Positions 19,001 through 29,052 are shown, counted from the first letter of the stretch. The stretch is 45,262 nucleotides of DNA from Saprospiraceae bacterium (GCA_040004485.1 JBDUAU010000326.1:1-45262), one strand, 5' to 3'. The notes: a model not told the origin generated them from the letters alone. Numbers and translations are program-made.

Positions 19001-19522
19001 TTATGTGTCTTTTTCCAAATAATATTTCATTAAAAGATCAGTCTGAACTTCATCTCCAAAAACAAACGGATGGGAGCTGAAGATTTCAAAACCATGGCGT
19101 TGATAAAAACGAATGCCATCAGTATTTTTTTCCCAAACGCCGAGCCATATGTATGATAACTTTAATGCTCTGCATCTTTGTTTCGCCTGTTCAATAAGTA
19201 CAGCGCCATAACCAGAGCCCTGGAACCGACTATCAATGTAAATGCGTTCGATTTCAAGGCTTAATTCATCATTAAGGTCTGATTGGGCCTGGTGCGTATT
19301 CACCTTCAGGTAACCGACAATATCTATGTTGATTTTTAGAAAATAAAATTCGGTAAATGGATTCAGCAATTCTGAAAAAAGCTTTTCAATGGTGAAAGCT
19401 CTGTCCATATAAAAATCCATGTTTTCCGGCTTATTCAGATGCCCGAATGATTCGTCAAAAGTTTTTCGGCTCAGGATAAGGAGCTCATTGACATCAGAGG
19501 GATTTAACCGGATTATTTCCAC
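19001..19522 (-). CDS. paiA: GNAT N-acetyltransferase, PaiA-like (spermidine/spermine acetyltransferase family)
   Basis: Recalled similarity to B. subtilis PaiA along the whole length: FDESFGHLNKPENMDFYMDRAF, LEIERIYI, IWLGVWEKNTDGIRFYQRHGF and GDEVQTDLLM. A GTG start at 19522 gives ~173 aa. Confidence 0.75.
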   Translation of the reverse strand: MEIIRLNPSDVNELLILSRKTFDESFGHLNKPENMDFYMDRAFTIEKLFSELLNPFTEFYFLKINIDIVGYLKVNTHQAQSDLNDELSLEIERIYIDSRFQGSGYGAVLIEQAKQRCRALKLSYIWLGVWEKNTDGIRFYQRHGFEIFSSHPFVFGDEVQTDLLMKYYLEKDT

Positions 19523-19685
19523 AATCAAATGTAAGTTTATACAGCGGGATCTGTAGATAGTAGAGCCGGTCAGATTTAAAGTTCGGCTTTTAAATAAATT
19601 TAAAATGAAGTGTGAACGCAAGGATGTAGTCGAATTGAACATTTTGATTTTTGAATAGTTATTACCTACCTTTATGCCATTAATC

Positions 19686-19790
19686 ATGCATCAAGAGATC
19701 CTGCGAAGTATGCAGGGCGGCAACCGACCCGGTGAACGGCACGGTGCCCGGAAGATGCGGGCCTCAGGTCAAAATATGTTCACAGTTTTC
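19686..19790 (+). promoter_or_regulatory. SAM-I-clan riboswitch candidate (SAM-IV or SAM-I/IV-like) in the metH leader
   Basis: P1 GCAUC (19688-92) / GAUGC (19754-58); AUCAAGAG junction; P2 CCUGC (19700-04) / GCAGG (19712-16). CGGCAACC (19718-25) pairs with GGUGCC (19743-48). GUGAAC (19732-37) is complementary to GUUCAC (19778-83), a possible pseudoknot. Confidence 0.55.
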
Positions 19791-19882
19791 TGACTGTATA
19801 CCTGCAAGCACGTAGTCCTTCTGATATCATTGATGCCTGAAGGTAGTCCGGTATGATGACCGGCAAAGGATAGGAGCAAGTT

Positions 19883-22800
19883 ATGAACAACAGAACAACA
19901 CTTTTAAAACAAGCTGTTAAGGAGCGAATTCTTGTACTTGATGGCGCGATGGGTACGATGCTGCAGCGGTATAATCTTTCTGAAAAAGATTACCGCGGTG
20001 AGCGATTTGCGGACTGGCATCAGGATCTGAAAGGGAATCATGATCTGCTCAATCTATCAAGGCCTGATGTCGTCGGACAGATCCATCGCGATTACTTTTT
20101 GGCGGGAGCTGATATTGTAGAAACAAATACGTTCAATGCCAATGCGATCAGTCAGGCTGATTATGGGACACAGGACAGTGTCTATGATATCAATTTTGCG
20201 AGCGCTGTTTTGGCAAGAAAAGTTGCAGATGAGTTTACTGCAGAAAATCCGACAAAACCAAGATTTGTAGCAGGGTCATTAGGTCCGACGAACAGGACAG
20301 CATCATTATCGCCTGATGTCAATCGTCCGGGTTTTCGAGCTACGACTTTTGATCAACTGGCAGATGCGTATCGGGAGCAGGCAAGAGGCCTGATAGACGG
20401 AGGAGTGGATCTACTACTGATTGAGACCGTATTTGATACACTCAATTGTAAGGCTGCACTTTTTGGCATCACATCATTGATTGACGAGACGGGTGCGGAT
20501 GTGTTGATCGGTGTATCCGGTACGATCACTGATGCAAGCGGACGAACATTGTCAGGTCAGACGATTGAAGCATTTTGGATTTCAATTTCACATGTTCCGC
20601 TTTTTTGTGTAGGGATTAATTGCTCACTCGGTGCTGCTGAAATGCGACCTTATGTAGAGAGTCTTTCGAAGATTGCGAATGTGCCTTTAATTGTTTTCCC
20701 TAATGCGGGTTTGCCAAATGAGTTAGGCGAATATGATCAGACGGCGCAGGTGATGAAGGGGCTGATCCGTGAATTTGGGACCAGTGGTTTCTTCAATATT
20801 ACGGGAGGATGTTGCGGTACTACACCGGAACACATACGAGCTATCGCGGATGCAGTGGTTGATTTGCCTCCACGTATAATTCCCGCACCGAATCCATACA
20901 CGCAATTAAGTGGTCTTGAAGAATTGACGATACGACCAGACAGTAATTTTGTCAATATCGGCGAACGTACAAATGTGACGGGTTCAAAAATATTTGCAAA
21001 ACTTATTCGTGAAGGAAACTACACCGAGGCTCTGAGTGTCGCTATGCACCAGGTAGAGAATGGGGCGCAGATCCTCGACGTCAATATGGATGAAGGACTG
21101 CTCGATTCAAAGCAGGTAATGGTTGATTTCCTTTTGCTCATGAGTGCAGAGCCGGACATCGCGAAATTGCCCTTCATGATCGACTCTTCGAAGTGGGATA
21201 TTATTGAAGCCGGATTGAAATGTGTGCAGGGAAAATGTATCGTCAATAGTATTTCGATGAAAGAAGGTGAAGCTGCATTTCTTCATCATGCGAAACTCGT
21301 ACGACGATATGGTGCTGCAGTAGTCGTGATGGCTTTTGATGAGGATGGTCAGGCCGATACGATCGAACGTAAAGTTTCCATTTGTCATCGTGCTTATCGT
21401 CTGCTCACTGAAGAGATTGGTTTTCCGCCTCAGGATATCATATTTGATCCAAACATCTTTGCGATTGGTACCGGGATAGCAGAACACAATGACTATGCTA
21501 TTAATTTTATAGAGGCAACGAAACAGATTAAAGCATTTTGCCCTGGTGCGAAGATCAGCGGGGGTGTAAGTAATGTTTCGTTTTCATATCGGGGTAATAA
21601 CGCTGTGCGTGAAGCTATGCATGCTTCATTCTTATATCATGCTATTCGTGCCGGTATGGATATGGGTATAGTCAATGCAGGATTGATCGAGGTGTATGAA
21701 GAGGTAGATCCCGTATTGCTTAAGCTTGTGGAAGATGTCATCTTCAATCGCGATCCGAATGCGACGGAAGCACTGACGACCTATGCAGATGAAGTTAAGA
21801 CAAAAGGAAAAACGATAACACGCGAACAGGCATGGCGTGATGAAAATGTGCAGTTAAGACTTTCACACGCCCTCGTAAAAGGTATCACTGAATACATCGA
21901 ACTGGATACGGAAGAAGCGAGACAGTTATATGCCAGACCACTTGAAGTGATTGAGGGTCCGTTGATGGATGGAATGAATATCGTCGGGGAATTATTTGGA
22001 CAGGGGAAAATGTTTTTGCCGCAAGTCGTCAAGAGTGCGCGTGTGATGAAGACTGCTGTAGCTTATCTCACACCATTTATTGAAGCGGAGAAAAAACATG
22101 GCGAACAAACATTCAAGGGAAAAATTCTGATGGCCACTGTGAAAGGTGATGTGCATGATATTGGAAAAAACATAGTCGGTATCGTCCTTGCCTGTAACAA
22201 TTATGAAATACTTGATCTGGGCGTGATGGTGCCGGCGGAGAAAATACTCAGGATAGCCGTTGAGGAGAAAGTGGATATCATAGGATTAAGCGGGTTGATC
22301 ACGCCTTCACTTGATGAGATGGTGCATGTGGCTGCAGAGATGGAGCGTCAGGGATTTGAATTGCCGCTGCTGATCGGAGGAGCCACGACATCGCGATTAC
22401 ACACAGCACTCAAGATAGAACCGAAATATAACAGAGGTCCTGTCGTCCACGTGTTGGATGCATCGAAATGTGTCGGTGTGGCTTCATCATTATTGTCAGA
22501 AGATAAAGTAAAACGCTCGGCGTTTGTAGAGGAGATGCGTTCTAACTACGAACAAATGAGAATAGCAAGAGCCGGAAAACAAACAAAGAGATTTCTATCT
22601 CTCGAAGCAGCGCGTGCGAATAGATTTTCTCCGGACTGGGCATTGTATTCACCTCCTGTGCCAAAGAAAAAAGGAATATGGACCCTACATGATTATGATC
22701 TCGCTGAATTGAGGAAATATATCGACTGGACGCCTTTCTTTTCGAGTTGGCAACTGAATGGGCACTATCCTGAGATATTGAAAGATCCGATCGTAGGCAG

Positions 22801-23560
22801 GGAAGCAAAAAATCTCTGGGATGATGCGCAGAAGATGCTTGATAAGATGGTGGCTGAAAAATGGATCAAAGCAAATGCAGTCATCGGGCTCTTCCCTGCT
22901 AATAGCGATATGGATGACATCATCATTTACAAAGATGAGAGCCGCAAGAAAGAACTGATGACCGTCCATCATCTGCGTCAGCAAGTGGTGAAAGCTCCCG
23001 GTCAACCAAACTATTGTTTATCTGATTTCGTAGCACCTGTTGAAAGTGGGAAGGCGGATTACATAGGTGGTTTCGCTGTAACATCAGGGCTTGAAATTGA
23101 AGAGAAGGTCAAAGAATTTGAAAAGGTGCACGATGACTATAGTGCCATTCTGCTTAAAGCATTAGCAGATCGTTTTGCGGAAGCATTTGCAGAACGCATG
23201 CATGAGCGAATACGTAAAGAGTGGTGGGGATTTGTGCCCGATGAAAAACTGGGTAATGATGAATTGATCGCTGAGTCTTATCGGGGGATTAGACCGGCGC
23301 CTGGATATCCTGCCTGTCCTGATCATACAGAGAAGACACTATTATTTGATCTGCTGAATGCAACTCAGGAGGCGGGAATAATACTGACGGAAAGTATGGC
23401 GATGTATCCTGCTGCGAGTGTGAGTGGCTGGTATTTTTCACATCCGGATAGCAAATATTTTCCGGTGAGTGGAATAGACAAAGATCAACTTGAAGATTAT
23501 GCATTGCGCAAAGGGATGACGATGCGTGAGGCAGAGAGATGGCTGGGACCTCTTTTGTAA
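19883..23560 (+). CDS. metH: cobalamin-dependent methionine synthase
   Basis: 1225 aa with Hcy, pterin, B12 ([11 protein letters not shown]) and AdoMet-activation domains. [11 protein letters not shown] motif present. Confidence 0.97.
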   Translation: MNNRTTLLKQAVKERILVLDGAMGTMLQRYNLSEKDYRGERFADWHQDLKGNHDLLNLSRPDVVGQIHRDYFLAGADIVETNTFNANAISQADYGTQDSVYDINFASAVLARKVADEFTAENPTKPRFVAGSLGPTNRTASLSPDVNRPGFRATTFDQLADAYREQARGLIDGGVDLLLIETVFDTLNCKAALFGITSLIDETGADVLIGVSGTITDASGRTLSGQTIEAFWISISHVPLFCVGINCSLGAAEMRPYVESLSKIANVPLIVFPNAGLPNELGEYDQTAQVMKGLIREFGTSGFFNITGGCCGTTPEHIRAIADAVVDLPPRIIPAPNPYTQLSGLEELTIRPDSNFVNIGERTNVTGSKIFAKLIREGNYTEALSVAMHQVENGAQILDVNMDEGLLDSKQVMVDFLLLMSAEPDIAKLPFMIDSSKWDIIEAGLKCVQGKCIVNSISMKEGEAAFLHHAKLVRRYGAAVVVMAFDEDGQADTIERKVSICHRAYRLLTEEIGFPPQDIIFDPNIFAIGTGIAEHNDYAINFIEATKQIKAFCPGAKISGGVSNVSFSYRGNNAVREAMHASFLYHAIRAGMDMGIVNAGLIEVYEEVDPVLLKLVEDVIFNRDPNATEALTTYADEVKTKGKTITREQAWRDENVQLRLSHALVKGITEYIELDTEEARQLYARPLEVIEGPLMDGMNIVGELFGQGKMFLPQVVKSARVMKTAVAYLTPFIEAEKKHGEQTFKGKILMATVKGDVHDIGKNIVGIVLACNNYEILDLGVMVPAEKILRIAVEEKVDIIGLSGLITPSLDEMVHVAAEMERQGFELPLLIGGATTSRLHTALKIEPKYNRGPVVHVLDASKCVGVASSLLSEDKVKRSAFVEEMRSNYEQMRIARAGKQTKRFLSLEAARANRFSPDWALYSPPVPKKKGIWTLHDYDLAELRKYIDWTPFFSSWQLNGHYPEILKDPIVGREAKNLWDDAQKMLDKMVAEKWIKANAVIGLFPANSDMDDIIIYKDESRKKELMTVHHLRQQVVKAPGQPNYCLSDFVAPVESGKADYIGGFAVTSGLEIEEKVKEFEKVHDDYSAILLKALADRFAEAFAERMHERIRKEWWGFVPDEKLGNDELIAESYRGIRPAPGYPACPDHTEKTLLFDLLNATQEAGIILTESMAMYPAASVSGWYFSHPDSKYFPVSGIDKDQLEDYALRKGMTMREAERWLGPLL

Positions 23561-23591
23561 ATAGTAGGCAGTATTCTGTAATCGGTAACAA
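23557..23591. repeat. 7-nt phased GTA tract (GTAAATA GTAGGCA GTATTCT GTAATCG GTAACAA)
   Basis: Read directly. It starts on the metH stop (TAA 23558-23560) and fills most of the 39-nt convergent spacer. Confidence 0.9.
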
Positions 23592-23599
23592 TTATTGTC

Positions 23600-24499
23600 T
23601 CATACTACCCTTCCTTTGTCTTTCACTGCGACTTCGCTGGCGGGGACGTTACCAAAATGAATATCGGAATAAGCTTTGGTGAATTCTGCGCCGAAGAAAA
23701 CAATCATAGAAGAATACGTTGTCCAGATAAGGATAAGAATAACAGAACCTGCGGGGCCATAACCAGAACCTGGAGATGCTTTACCAAAATATAAACCAAG
23801 AAGTGTTTCCCCCAATTCAAAAAGTAAGGCCGTAACTAATGCACCGATCCAGACATATCGCCACTTGATTTTAGCGTCAGGTAAAATTTTAAACATCATC
23901 GCAAATAAAACTGTGACAATGCCCAGGGATGCCATGAAGTTGAGGATGTTGAATAACCACATCAACGATTCACTCCAATGCAGTTTGATCCAATCACCTG
24001 CTGCTGCTAACAACGCTGAGATGACCAGTGAAATGAGTAACAAGAAACCAATGGACATAATCAATCCAAAAGAAAACAATCGTGTCCGGATAAATAACCA
24101 AATTCCCGATTTTTTCACACTGGCCTTTACTTCCCAAATGATATTCAGTGATTTTTGCATTTGTACGAAAACCCCTGTCGCACCGACAATGATGGTGACG
24201 ATACCTAGTATGGTGGCCCAGATGGAATCCCTGCTTCTGCTGGCAAATACAATCATTTGTTCAATCTGTACCGCAGTATCCTCTCCCATCGCTTTTGCGA
24301 TACTGGCATGAAGACGGTGATTGACTATGTCAGCACCAAAGAAATATCCCGCAACAGTAACAATGACAACTAATAATCCGGGCAGCGAAAAAATCGCATT
24401 GTAGGCAATCACTGAACTCTCTTTTGACGGATTCCGTGACCACCAATTGTTGAAAGCTTTTTTCAGGACCTTGGGTGTATTTTTAAACTTGAGGAACAT
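23600..24499 (-). CDS. yihY: YihY/BrkB family membrane protein
   Basis: Six TM helices and the C-terminal motif LILIWTTYSSMIVFFGAEFTKAY, typical of the family. Confidence 0.8.
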   Translation of the reverse strand: MFLKFKNTPKVLKKAFNNWWSRNPSKESSVIAYNAIFSLPGLLVVIVTVAGYFFGADIVNHRLHASIAKAMGEDTAVQIEQMIVFASRSRDSIWATILGIVTIIVGATGVFVQMQKSLNIIWEVKASVKKSGIWLFIRTRLFSFGLIMSIGFLLLISLVISALLAAAGDWIKLHWSESLMWLFNILNFMASLGIVTVLFAMMFKILPDAKIKWRYVWIGALVTALLFELGETLLGLYFGKASPGSGYGPAGSVILILIWTTYSSMIVFFGAEFTKAYSDIHFGNVPASEVAVKDKGRVV

Positions 24500-24523
24500 A
24501 CAAATAAAGAGTTAGTCAAAAAG

Positions 24524-25711
24524 TTATTTCTTATTCTTTTTCTTATTTTTTTCACCAGGTTTGCCAAATACTTTAGTGAATAATCCTTCCTTTGCCTTTT
24601 TCGAATCTACGGCTTTTACTGAATTGATCGATATCTGGTAATCCAGTGAAGGATAAATAGCCTGTATGAATCCATTACGAAGTGCAGCCAGGATGGCATA
24701 CCATGTACCTATCGTACGATGATCGTATGCCCCTACAATAGGTATTTTGGTCGCTATCTTATCTGTTTTCGGATTCTCAAGGATATCAGCTACAATGCCT
24801 ACCAGTCCTTCCCATATTTTTCGAAAGATGTTGTCCTTTCTGTCTTCAGGTCCCACGATATCGAGATCCTTAATGAATGGCTTAACATACCCAATAAATT
24901 TTCTGTCTTTCGCCGCTAGTTCCATGTACATCCCAAAAGTCCCTTTGTTGACATCTATACCCGCATAGGCTTTAAAAAAATCGTTAAACCTGATGAGATT
25001 GGCATTTTGTAATTCAGCATTCATATCATAAGTGGGATCATCTGCCAGTGCATCGATGCGCATATTGAAATCCAGCCTTCCTCCATATACATCAGCATTA
25101 GCTTCGACATTGGCCGGAAGCAAGGTCGTGTCTACTACGTTGGATAGATTTTTAGCCAGGATATGTGCATTGTCAAGGTGAACATCGACTACAGGTGAGA
25201 CTGTATTATCCAAGTAGCCGATTTTACCATATAGCACTTCCACGCGATTGACTTTTATGGGTGTAAACGTTCTGAGCATATGGCGAAAATCATTTGTATC
25301 CTTTTCCATCTTCTCGGGTTCAGCTTTATCTTCCGTAAACTGAAGTACCGGCGATGTCAATTCCATTTCGCTCACAATTTTACCTTTGAATAATGAACCC
25401 CATTCAATGGATAGATCAACATTGGGGCAGGAAAATAGTGGTGTTTGTTTTTTTGTCACCGAATCCATTTTGTTGATATAAATATCTTTTACAATATACG
25501 CACCCCTGTACAGTGAAAGATCAATATCCGCTACATGACCATAATATCCATTGATGGCGGCGAGGTTTTTGTTGACATATTTCAGAACTACATACGGTAG
25601 AACCAGACGGATGGCGATAAGGATTACAATTAAGGCGAGGCCAATCTTAAAGGCTTTTCGTTTTTTTCCTTTTGGGGAATTCGCCTTTGATTCTACTTTC
25701 GAGGTTTTCAT
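24524..25711 (-). CDS. DUF748-like membrane-anchored protein
   Basis: Basic N-terminus, a single TM, then LKYVNKNL...GYYGHVADIDLSLYRGAYIVKDIYINK, which resembles DUF748/AsmA-like starts. Lies 24 nt upstream of yihY on the same strand. Confidence 0.45.
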   Translation of the reverse strand: MKTSKVESKANSPKGKKRKAFKIGLALIVILIAIRLVLPYVVLKYVNKNLAAINGYYGHVADIDLSLYRGAYIVKDIYINKMDSVTKKQTPLFSCPNVDLSIEWGSLFKGKIVSEMELTSPVLQFTEDKAEPEKMEKDTNDFRHMLRTFTPIKVNRVEVLYGKIGYLDNTVSPVVDVHLDNAHILAKNLSNVVDTTLLPANVEANADVYGGRLDFNMRIDALADDPTYDMNAELQNANLIRFNDFFKAYAGIDVNKGTFGMYMELAAKDRKFIGYVKPFIKDLDIVGPEDRKDNIFRKIWEGLVGIVADILENPKTDKIATKIPIVGAYDHRTIGTWYAILAALRNGFIQAIYPSLDYQISINSVKAVDSKKAKEGLFTKVFGKPGEKNKKKNKK

Positions 25712-25796
25712 TTCTCCATGATGATAGTTTGGTTTCTTAATTCAAATATCTTCTTTGGAACCAATTGATTCACCGGAAGCTGTTTCTGCTTACATG

Positions 25797-25826
25797 AAAA
25801 AAGCCAAGGGGCCCAAATCCGGCCCC
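25797..25826 (-). terminator. intrinsic terminator after the YtxH gene
   Basis: Minus strand reads GGGGCC-GGAUUUG-GGCCCC followed by UUGGCUUUUUU. Confidence 0.6.
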
Positions 25827-25867
25827 AAGTCTCTAAATCATTAAATAAAATATCGTTTGCTCTCCGG

Positions 25868-26146
25868 TTAGGAATTGTAGTTACCTACTTTCTTAATATG
25901 ATCTCCTGATTTGGATTTGGCCTGATCTGCGATCATATGAACATCATCCTTAACTGTTTCAATGCTGGATTTAAAACCGTTCTTAAAGTTATTCACTTTA
26001 CTCTGAAGATCATTGACATATTTCTGGCTCTTTTGGGAAATCTTCTTCCGCGAATTCACACCACTGTCCGGTGCTGTCAACATCCCTGCTACTGCACCAG
26101 CAGCCATTCCGGCGATAACGCCTAATACTATTTTTGATGTACTCAT
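25868..26146 (-). CDS. YtxH domain-containing protein
   Basis: MSTSKIVLGVIAGMAAGAVAGMLTAPDSG..RKK is the canonical YtxH N-terminus. Start trimmed to the ATG at 26146. Confidence 0.8.
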   Translation of the reverse strand: MSTSKIVLGVIAGMAAGAVAGMLTAPDSGVNSRKKISQKSQKYVNDLQSKVNNFKNGFKSSIETVKDDVHMIADQAKSKSGDHIKKVGNYNS

Positions 26147-26454
26147 GATATATGGATTTAAATGGTTAAATAATTTGATTACACTATAGATTTCATCTTT
26201 CAAAATTCAGGACTGATATCTAAGGTCCGGTCACATAATTTTGGAAAAATGTTATATAATTAGCTTGAGGAAGCCTTTGAGAATGATAATTCAAAACCGT
26301 GTTTTGAACTCATGACTATATAACAAAGCCGTGAACTATTGAACGACTATTTGAATGTATTATTGGATGCTTTTTCTTTTAACGGAATGTTAAAGATTAA
26401 ACACGGCCAACCCAAATAGAATGGAACGATTACTTATGCAGACAGTCTTGAGCT

Positions 26455-26880
26455 TTATCCGGCGGCAATTGATTTGCGACGTGCTTTCTTTTCTCTCCTG
26501 TTCTTTATGAAATTGACAAGCAATCCAAATAACAGAGGTGCAGCTACCTTTATGACGGAATACTGATTGGCTGTCAGATTATTCAGACCCATTTCAGCTA
26601 TATTTCCGATCAGCTTACCATTGCGATTAACCTTTGAATCTTCGGTCAATTTTTTTGTAAGAAAGCCAACGGCTAAACCAACTCCGGCCTGGAGCAGATA
26701 TGATTTTACATTTTTATTTCCTGTAAGTTCATTAGCAGCACTTTTGATCAGGTTGACTGGTTTCATGCTTTCACCAGTCAAATGTAATTGGGCTTTAAGT
26801 TCGTTTAGTTCGTTCGTTCTCCTTTCTTCAAGAGAATGAATCATCGTATTTAATGCTTCAGTATGACGGACAGTACTCAT
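26455..26880 (-). CDS. hypothetical membrane-associated protein
   Basis: 141 aa with a coiled N-terminus, two hydrophobic segments and a basic tail. Lies 5 nt downstream of the holin-like gene. Confidence 0.5.
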   Translation of the reverse strand: MSTVRHTEALNTMIHSLEERRTNELNELKAQLHLTGESMKPVNLIKSAANELTGNKNVKSYLLQAGVGLAVGFLTKKLTEDSKVNRNGKLIGNIAEMGLNNLTANQYSVIKVAAPLLFGLLVNFIKNRREKKARRKSIAAG

Positions 26881-26885
26881 TGTAC

Positions 26886-27329
26886 CTATTTTAGGACTTG
26901 GGAAATAATAGAATTAATAATTGGGTTTTTTATAATCGGATCACGGAATACAAACAAGCAAAGTGCGATGATCGCATACAGCCCGGAAACAATATAAAAT
27001 CCATAATAGATATGTCCCATGGACTCCCCCAGCCATAGGGCAATACCAATGTTGATCATCAGAAAGAAAAACGACAGAAAGAGAATAACTACAAGACGCG
27101 AAACAAGAGAGGCCATTACTTCTGCCATCTTATCGGCTGACTTTAGTTTAAATATCTCAATACTTGTTTTGACATACGCCTCCGCTTTTTCAAAAAGAGC
27201 CTCAACCAATTCTTTCCGATCTTCAATAGGGTTGTCCTCGTCGGTGTCCATCTCCCGGAGCTCCTGTTTTATCCAGGTCTTCTCCCGTGTTTCTTCCTCG
27301 GTGAGACCTGTCCCGCTTTTTTCATTCAT
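26886..27329 (-). CDS. phage holin family (Holin-X/DUF1469-like) membrane protein
   Basis: Acidic N-terminus followed by two TM helices (LVVILFLSFFFLMINIGIALWLG; GFYIVSGLYAIIALCLFVF). This arrangement is common beside YtxH genes. Confidence 0.5.
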   Translation of the reverse strand: MNEKSGTGLTEEETREKTWIKQELREMDTDEDNPIEDRKELVEALFEKAEAYVKTSIEIFKLKSADKMAEVMASLVSRLVVILFLSFFFLMINIGIALWLGESMGHIYYGFYIVSGLYAIIALCLFVFRDPIIKNPIINSIISQVLK

Positions 27330-27522
27330 GACTTATCTATTTCATTGGGTTTTTCAAACTGAAAACAAATTTGTAGTAGGCGAACTGCAGCACATGTGAA
27401 TCCAAAAGCATGCCTAAAATCATCACCAAATACCAAAATTGGAAATTAATAAAATTCCTGTCCGGTACGTAGATGCACATGGTTCATGTTTCAACTAAAA
27501 TACATTACCTGGACTACGTAAT

Positions 27523-27556
27523 GAAACACCTGCCATTCGTTGCCGGCAGGTGTTTC
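27523..27556 (-). terminator. 12-bp stem hairpin 9 nt after the YtxH stop
   Basis: GAAACACCTGCC-10 nt loop-GGCAGGTGTTTC. U-rich flanks on the plus strand, so it may act in both directions. Confidence 0.55.
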
Positions 27557-27564
27557 TTATTCAC

Positions 27565-27852
27565 TTAAATCGCCCGTTTGACGTCACTTTTGATTTCGTT
27601 GTATTTTGATTTCGCTTTATCAGCCATATTATCGGCCATGTCACGAGCTTCTTCTTTTTTAGAATCAACCTGCTCCATGAAGTTTTCCAGAAAATCATTG
27701 AATTTGTCTTTGAGATCATCTACGTATGCCTCTCCTTTTTGGGAAAGTTTCTTACGTGTGTTTTCTCCACTCTCGGGTGCAAGTAATACACCAATTAATG
27801 CGCCGGCGGCGAGACCGACTACAACGCCTAATAAAACCTTTGAAGCACTCAT
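27565..27852 (-). CDS. YtxH domain-containing protein
   Basis: MSASKVLLGVVVGLAAGALIGVLLAPESGENTRKK. Paralogous to the gene at 25868-26146. Confidence 0.85.
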   Translation of the reverse strand: MSASKVLLGVVVGLAAGALIGVLLAPESGENTRKKLSQKGEAYVDDLKDKFNDFLENFMEQVDSKKEEARDMADNMADKAKSKYNEIKSDVKRAI

Positions 27853-27887
27853 GATTTATAGATTTATCTGTTACAAAATGAATTCAA

Positions 27888-28046
27888 TCAGGCAATGGGT
27901 TTTTGACCAGATATTACCCTTAGCAATATAGCGACTATTGCTATGACAAGCAATATATGAATGATTCCTCCTGCGCTATATACAAAGAAGCCAAGAGCCC
28001 AGAGAATGATCAAAACGACGGCAATTAAATACAATAGATTTCCCAT
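27888..28046 (-). CDS. lmo0937-family small membrane protein (52 aa, below the ORF-track cutoff)
   Basis: Minus-strand translation: MGNLLYLIAVVLIILWALGFFVYSAGGIIHILLVIAIVAILLRVISGQKPIA*. It has the characteristic two-helix WxLGF...HxLLVIAxxxxLxR pattern. Confidence 0.65.
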   Translation of the reverse strand: MGNLLYLIAVVLIILWALGFFVYSAGGIIHILLVIAIVAILLRVISGQKPIA

Positions 28047-28175
28047 GATATTTTAGTTTAATGGTTAACAGTTTTTCATTTGTTGTAAAATAAGGTGGTG
28101 TCACACGGGTCCTCAGAAGTTTTATGTTTCACCTCTCTCTTTATTTTTATTAAACACATATGCGGATCAACATGT

Positions 28176-28748
28176 TCATTTATGCTGATCTTGTTCGGTC
28201 ATAGCTTCCTGATTGATAGTGCTTTCGGCTATATCCGAAAGGTTAGTATCTGCTTCTCTTTCTTCATTCAGGGTTTCTTCGAGCAAAGTTGCAGCCACTT
28301 CATATCCCAATTGCTTTGCAAAAGCACATAATGTACCATAGCTGGCGATTTCATAGTGTTCCACTTTCTGAGCTGCAGAAATAATAGCTGCATCACGGAC
28401 ACTGCCGGCATCAGTGGATTCCATAATCTCCCCGGCCTCTTTGATCAACCCTTCCATAGCTTCACACTTCTTAGCTACGGCTTTCACACCTATAGATTCA
28501 AAAATTTCCTCACAACGAGCAACCTGTTGCTCTGTCACTTCAAGATGACCCTCCAGTGCTTCGATTAGTTCCTGTGATGTGGCATTCCCGATCATTTTTG
28601 GAATCGCCTTTGTGAGAGCTTTTTCTGCCCAATAGATGTCCTTCAGCTCATCTTCAAATAATTCCTGGAGCATCGTTGCTTTTGAAGACGAAGATTCTTT
28701 CTTTGCAAAGCTTTTCTGCTCGCTTGATTTACCATTTGGCTGTTTCAT
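28176..28748 (-). CDS. ferritin-like DUF892 (YciE/YciF family) protein
   Basis: [23 protein letters not shown]..., [18 protein letters not shown] and [13 protein letters not shown]. Start trimmed to the ATG at 28748. Confidence 0.75.
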   Translation of the reverse strand: MKQPNGKSSEQKSFAKKESSSSKATMLQELFEDELKDIYWAEKALTKAIPKMIGNATSQELIEALEGHLEVTEQQVARCEEIFESIGVKAVAKKCEAMEGLIKEAGEIMESTDAGSVRDAAIISAAQKVEHYEIASYGTLCAFAKQLGYEVAATLLEETLNEEREADTNLSDIAESTINQEAMTEQDQHK

Positions 28749-28779
28749 AGTACATTTTTTATCTATACCAATTTGATTT

Positions 28780-29052
28780 TCAATCCCCTTCTTCAAAGGT
28801 ATAATCGTCCTTATAAAAACCAGATTTCCAGGATTCATGATCGGCTACATTAACCCGTTTAATTTCCATGATTGTCCTTCTGGTCGGATTTCTGACGGGA
28901 TAGGGTTCTTCCTCAATAAGTCCCATGACGAAATTGAATGAATCCACCAGTTTGCATCTCGTTATATTTCGTTCTGTTCCGCCTGATTTTAAAAGGGGGT
29001 GAGTGAGTTCGATTATGTGGGGTGGCTGCTTGCCTGATAAGATGCTCTTCAT
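28780..29052 (-). CDS. hypothetical protein (weak)
   Basis: 90-codon ORF at the head of the stress cluster with no recognisable motif. The real start may be internal. Confidence 0.3.
   Translation of the reverse strand: MKSILSGKQPPHIIELTHPLLKSGGTERNITRCKLVDSFNFVMGLIEEEPYPVRNPTRRTIMEIKRVNVADHESWKSGFYKDDYTFEEGD

Noticed and set aside
19001-19522. GNAT gene plus HicB-like gene as a GNAT-toxin/antitoxin pair
   Set aside because: The GNAT aligns along its whole length with PaiA-type polyamine acetyltransferases, not TacT/AtaT-type toxins. Known GNAT toxins pair with upstream RHH/DUF1778 antitoxins, not a downstream HicB.
19523-19687. N-terminal 55-aa extension of the GNAT ORF (track start 19687)
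   Set aside because: The extension has no counterpart in PaiA-like proteins, is low-complexity, and runs into the metH leader/promoter region. A GTG at 19522 gives the canonical length.
19686-19882. Cobalamin riboswitch upstream of metH
   Set aside because: I could not find a B12-box-like element. The conserved strings present (AUCAAGAG, CGGCAACC, GGUGCC, GAAGAUG) are those of the SAM-I clan, and B12 control is typical of metE rather than metH.
20723-23591. Minus-strand ORFs inside metH
   Set aside because: They are antisense to an unambiguous 1225-aa conserved gene, short, and without recognisable domains.
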